UHGV virus genome: UHGV-1676750
Reading direction: 5' to 3' (one strand)
Source: a virus
DNA: 17,536 nucleotides
Shown here: piece after piece, positions 14,337 through 17,536 of the stretch
Layout of the letters: every line of letters starts with the position of its first letter
How positions within the stretch are numbered: the stretch's first letter is position 1
The notes under the pieces: generated by a model
Databases searched by the model: none
What the model was told of the DNA's origin: nothing
The model's input: the letters and a program-made list of their open reading frames with translations, nothing else
Translations under genes and position numbers: made by a program

Positions 14337-15557
14337 ATGTCTAACCCCAATTTCAATCCTACGTATAGCTCGAACTTAATTTGGAGAGATGAAGACGACA
14401 CTCGTTGTATTACTGATGACCTAGATAATATCGAATCCGACATCACTGCACTCGAAACAGGCAAGGCCGACACTAACCATACACATACCGGATATGCTAC
14501 TACAGATCACACTCATACAGGCTACGCCGCAGCAGATCATACCCACACTGGCTATGCGGCGGCTGCAGACGTAACTACACTACAAAATTTGGTTGGAGAC
14601 ACTAGTGTATCTTCTCAGATCAGTACGGCTATTGCGGGCAAGGTTGATGCTGTGGAAGGTAAAGGCTTGTCTACCAATGACTATACGACAGCCGAGAAGA
14701 ATAAGCTTACTGGAATTGATACAGGAGCTAACAATTATGTGCTTCCAACTGCAAGCAGCACTACTCTTGGCGGTATTAAAACTGGGGATAACATTACTAA
14801 TTCGTCTGGTACGATTAGTCTAACAAAAAGCAATGTCACGTCAGCTTTAGGATATACTCCATTTGGCAGTAGTACGTTGTCAATGGCCAATGGTGGTACT
14901 GGCAGCGCTCAGGTTGTTAATGCTCCAAAGAATGCCATATTGAAGAAGGCAAACGATGGGAACTATGTGTGGTATACTCAGACAAAAAGTGGGGCTTTCT
15001 ACGCTACTGCAACAGATGGAGTTCCGAAATTCGGTGTACTGCCCAAGGCATTAGGTGGCACAGGTGCGGATTTCAGTAATATTCCAGCTAATGCTATTAT
15101 TCGTAATTCTGGTTCTGGCGGTAGTGACTTGTACTATTTTGCAACTGGCAATGGGGCATGCTATGCCACATCAGCTAATGGGTATCCGACTTTTGGTACA
15201 TTGCCCGTAGCGCAAGGTGGCACTGGCGAAACTACTGCTTGGACAAATGGTACAGTTACGAGTTTGAATAGTACTACTATTACATCATACCAATTTGCTG
15301 TTTTCCCCTATTTAAATAAGGCATTTATTAGGCTTAATGTGCTATTAGGTAGTGCTTTAGATGCTGACGAAGCTAGATATATAGTAATGCCGTCAACTGT
15401 TGCAACTGCACATACTGCTTTGTCTTGCTTTAATATTGCTGGATATGATATTCATTGTGGTATGGCTAGCGATAGTGGCATTTATGTAATTAATTGTGGT
15501 ACTGCTTCAATGCCCAATACTGTACGTCTTTATATTGCGGGATGGTATTCAATCTAA
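14337..15557 (+). CDS. Tail-fibre protein with an HTHTGYA triple repeat, one VGDT module and repeated GGTG motifs
   Basis: ATG at 14337 with AAGGAGG at 14321-14327; the track ORF from 14217 overlaps the upstream gene and lacks an RBS. Contains NHTHTGYATTDHTHTGYAAADHTHTGYAAA, LVGDTSVSSQISTAIAGKV, and three L-x-x-x-GGTG motifs (MANGGTGSA, PKALGGTGAD, PVAQGGTGET). Confidence 0.8.
   Translation: MSNPNFNPTYSSNLIWRDEDDTRCITDDLDNIESDITALETGKADTNHTHTGYATTDHTHTGYAAADHTHTGYAAAADVTTLQNLVGDTSVSSQISTAIAGKVDAVEGKGLSTNDYTTAEKNKLTGIDTGANNYVLPTASSTTLGGIKTGDNITNSSGTISLTKSNVTSALGYTPFGSSTLSMANGGTGSAQVVNAPKNAILKKANDGNYVWYTQTKSGAFYATATDGVPKFGVLPKALGGTGADFSNIPANAIIRNSGSGGSDLYYFATGNGACYATSANGYPTFGTLPVAQGGTGETTAWTNGTVTSLNSTTITSYQFAVFPYLNKAFIRLNVLLGSALDADEARYIVMPSTVATAHTALSCFNIAGYDIHCGMASDSGIYVINCGTASMPNTVRLYIAGWYSI
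14475..14564 (+). repeat. Three tandem 30-bp coding repeats, each encoding [ND]HTHTGYA-x-x
   Basis: aaccatacacataccggatatgctactaca / gatcacactcatacaggctacgccgcagca / gatcatacccacactggctatgcggcggct. Confidence 0.75.
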
Positions 15558-15571
15558 GGAGGATGATATAT

Positions 15572-15940
15572 ATGAAAATTCTACTTGATGAAAATAATTA
15601 TCTGACTTGTATTTGTATTGATGCTGAATTAGAGAATGGTATAGAAGTAGAAACCCCAGATGACATTGATGCTTTTATTGACGTATTTAGGGCGTATAAG
15701 TATGAAGATGGCAAATTGATTTTAGATGAAGCAAGATTGGATAAGTTGAACAATGAACGTTTAGCAGATGAATTACGTCATAAGCGTGAGAAAAAATGTT
15801 TTCCTATTATTAATCGTGGGGCACTTTGGTACAATCATCTGTCTGGGCAACAAAGAGCCGAGCTGGATGTGTGGTATCAGGCATGGCTTAATGTTACTGA
15901 GACGAAAGTTGAGCCTGAAACGCCTGAGTGGTTAAAATAA
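15572..15940 (+). CDS. Hypothetical protein directly downstream of the fibre gene; possible fibre-associated or assembly protein (assigned by position only)
   Basis: ATG at 15572 with AAGGAGG at 15556-15562. Trp-rich C-terminus (…DVWYQAWLNVTETKVEPETPEWLK). Confidence 0.6.
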   Translation: MKILLDENNYLTCICIDAELENGIEVETPDDIDAFIDVFRAYKYEDGKLILDEARLDKLNNERLADELRHKREKKCFPIINRGALWYNHLSGQQRAELDVWYQAWLNVTETKVEPETPEWLK

Positions 15941-16020
15941 TTATATATATGCACAACAGTGGGGCGCAGTGGTAACATTGTGCCCTATAGTTACAATACG
16001 AATAAAAGGAGGTATCAAAC

Positions 16021-16617
16021 TTGCCAACTGTAAGAGTTAAAATTGGAGACGAATGGGTAGCCACTTCTGGAGAGCCAGGTGATCGTGGCTTTGCCTTTAC
16101 ATATGACGACTTTACTCCAGAACAACTTGCTGAATTAAAAGGTGATAGAGGAGAGCCTGCGACTCTTCAAAGTGCAGAGATAACTTATCAGATCGGAACC
16201 TCCGGCACGACTGCACCGACTGGTGAGTGGAGTGTGGATATTCCCGATGTTCCACAAGGTCAATATTTATGGACTCGTAAAATTGTTCAATTTAATAGTG
16301 GTGATCCTATAACTGAGTACAGCGTATCTTATATTGGGATTGACGGAGATCGTACTGTTTATTCTGCTACAATTCCTGTAAATTGGGTTGGTACAAGCGC
16401 ACCTTATACTCAGGATGTTACAATTACTGGTATTTTAGTAACCGATACACCACATGTTATACCAGTTTATTCTGAGGATATAAGCACCACTCTTTCTCAA
16501 ATGGAAGCGTGGTCAATGGTTAGTATGGCACAAGTAGGAGCAGATAAGATAACCTTCATTTGTTTTGAGGACAAACCTGCGGTGGAAGTGCCGATTCAAG
16601 TGGAGGTGATTAGGTAA
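16021..16617 (+). CDS. Structural protein with short collagen-like G-x-x triplets and a C-terminal domain shared with the 11589-11963 product; TTG start
   Basis: TTG at 16021, 8 nt after AAAGGAGGT (16005-16013); there is no in-frame ATG near the 5' end. Contains GEPGDRG-FAFTYDDFTPEQLAEL-KGDRGEP. Confidence 0.7.
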   Translation: MPTVRVKIGDEWVATSGEPGDRGFAFTYDDFTPEQLAELKGDRGEPATLQSAEITYQIGTSGTTAPTGEWSVDIPDVPQGQYLWTRKIVQFNSGDPITEYSVSYIGIDGDRTVYSATIPVNWVGTSAPYTQDVTITGILVTDTPHVIPVYSEDISTTLSQMEAWSMVSMAQVGADKITFICFEDKPAVEVPIQVEVIR

Positions 16618-17504
16618 TGCCAGTAGCTTTTTTGCATGGTAATAGTGGAAATGGTAAAGTTGGCGGTGTGCTGACGGTAACGGTAGACGAATCAGAGCCA
16701 GCAGGAATATTGGTTACAGTTAGTAAGGATGATAAGTCGTATTCTAAGGTGGCAGATGATAGTGGTATTGTTGTATTTAAGGGACTGGCGACTGGAGAGT
16801 GGACTGTGACTATTATTAAGGGAGATGAAATGGCAGACAAAACTATAACTATTGCAGCCGATTTTGAAACAACAATGAAATTTCAACACTTGGTTCCAAC
16901 AGAATATAGAGCAGTTGAGTATCTTCAATCTACTGGTACACAGTATATTAAAACAGGATTAGGTACTAGCCATTATCTTTGGAAATGTAAAATTGAAAGT
17001 AAACTACGAAAAGATGATGATGATGGTTGCTTATTTGGTGTTAGTTATAGCTATCCGGTATTCAATTTTGCAATTTGGGGATGCCCTTATGGTGCTCAGT
17101 CTGTTGAATCCATTGGTGGCAGTCGATTTACTTCTGGAGAAGATCATATTGTAATTTTCAATGGAGGATCTAATGCACAATCTGCAACAATTGACGGAAC
17201 GACTTGGAATGTATCAACAACTTATGATGGATCAATGTATTGTAAGGATACTTGCTATTTATTTGCATCACATCAGCGAGTTTATCTTGGAGAGACTTCA
17301 TCATATACAAATGAGGCATATTATCCATTTAACGGGCGTTTATACTATTTTAAGATATACGATGAAGACCATGAAACACTTATCGCAGATTATGTACCAT
17401 GCTATCGCAAATCTGATGGTGCGGCAGGAATTTGGGACAGAGTAACTGAAACCTTTTTGACAAACAGTGGCAGTGGAACATTTATTGTGGGGGCTGACCT
17501 ATGA
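16617..17504 (+). CDS. Hypothetical tail or receptor-binding-type protein (295 aa)
   Basis: TAATG overlap with the upstream gene; GGAGGTGA at 16602-16609. The C-terminal region (YRAVEYLQSTGTQYIKTGLG…NGRLYYFKIYDEDHETLIADYVPCYRKSDGAAGIWDRVTETFLTNSGSGTFIVGADL) looks like a conserved globular domain, but I cannot name the family. Confidence 0.65.
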   Translation: MPVAFLHGNSGNGKVGGVLTVTVDESEPAGILVTVSKDDKSYSKVADDSGIVVFKGLATGEWTVTIIKGDEMADKTITIAADFETTMKFQHLVPTEYRAVEYLQSTGTQYIKTGLGTSHYLWKCKIESKLRKDDDDGCLFGVSYSYPVFNFAIWGCPYGAQSVESIGGSRFTSGEDHIVIFNGGSNAQSATIDGTTWNVSTTYDGSMYCKDTCYLFASHQRVYLGETSSYTNEAYYPFNGRLYYFKIYDEDHETLIADYVPCYRKSDGAAGIWDRVTETFLTNSGSGTFIVGADL

Positions 17505-17536
17505 GAATTTTATATATAGATGCAGATTTTCATTTA
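17501..17536 (+). CDS. 5' end of a further gene, truncated by the window edge
   Basis: ATG at 17501 overlaps the upstream TGA (ATGA). The frame stays open to the end of the window (MRILYIDADFHL…). Confidence 0.35.
   Translation, partial: MRILYIDADFHL

Noticed and set aside
2587-15557. Diversity-generating retroelement targeting the fibre genes
   Set aside because: No reverse-transcriptase ORF is present and I found no template/variable repeat pair differing mainly at adenines. The repeated VGDT modules are conserved rather than hypervariable.
2836-15557. Invertible-segment (Gin/Cin/shufflon-type) fibre switching
   Set aside because: All fibre genes are co-oriented, no site-specific recombinase gene is present in the window, and I found no inverted crossover repeats flanking fibre 3' ends.
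15991-16009. Third copy of the 21-nt acaatacaaaat element upstream of the 16021 gene
   Set aside because: Only a partial match (ttacaatacgaata), and it sits immediately next to the RBS, too close to be a promoter. Probably chance similarity in AT-rich sequence.
152-16928. All minus-strand ORFs in the track (152-400, 1074-1280, 1121-1345, 1396-1620, 2040-2231, 2399-2620, 3020-3307, 4132-4326, 4632-4820, 5373-5597, 5634-5909, 6293-6487, 8457-8780, 8933-9124, 9653-9838, 11286-11501, 11759-11959, 11805-12005, 13943-14131, 14231-14473, 16610-16840, 16692-16928)
   Set aside because: Each lies antisense within or across a well-supported + strand gene that has an RBS and recognisable motifs. None has a convincing RBS, and several have low-complexity translations typical of shadow frames.
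1268-17445. Internal + strand alternative-frame ORFs (1268-1480, 3714-3896, 3996-4196, 4307-4543, 5365-5637, 5662-5874, 7463-7678, 8192-8425, 14593-14823, 17161-17445)
   Set aside because: They are nested out of frame inside longer genes that carry the recognisable motifs; no RBS and no independent support.
1-17536. tRNA, rRNA or integrase/att sites
   Set aside because: No intergenic region is long enough and structured enough to hold a tRNA (the largest gaps are 70-240 nt with no GTTC/T-loop pattern), and no tyrosine or serine recombinase motifs were recognised in any ORF.

Overview
The window reads as the late/structural, tail-fibre-rich region of a low-GC Gram-positive (Firmicutes-type) bacteriophage or prophage. 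About 26 genes are supported, all on the + strand and tightly packed, most with GGAGG-type Shine-Dalgarno sites 6-10 nt upstream and several with overlapping stop/start codons (TAATG/ATGA). The first 17 nt are an Illumina adapter remnant, so the left edge is an assembly boundary and the first ORF may be N-terminally incomplete. The most notable content is: (i) at least eight tail-fibre-like genes, including four tandem paralogues that share a HylP-like N-terminal attachment domain; (ii) a peptide module, VGDT-x-V-x-x-QI, that recurs in six genes; (iii) two free-standing homing-endonuclease genes, a GIY-YIG/NUMOD type and an atypical zinc-ribbon + Vsr/DUF559-like type, each next to a near-identical 21-nt element; (iv) strong compositional mosaicism (hand counts of 67% vs 22% G+C in different 60-nt stretches). 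No rRNA, tRNA, CRISPR array, integrase or reverse transcriptase was recognised by eye. All functional calls are motif recognition from the translated ORFs, not database searches.
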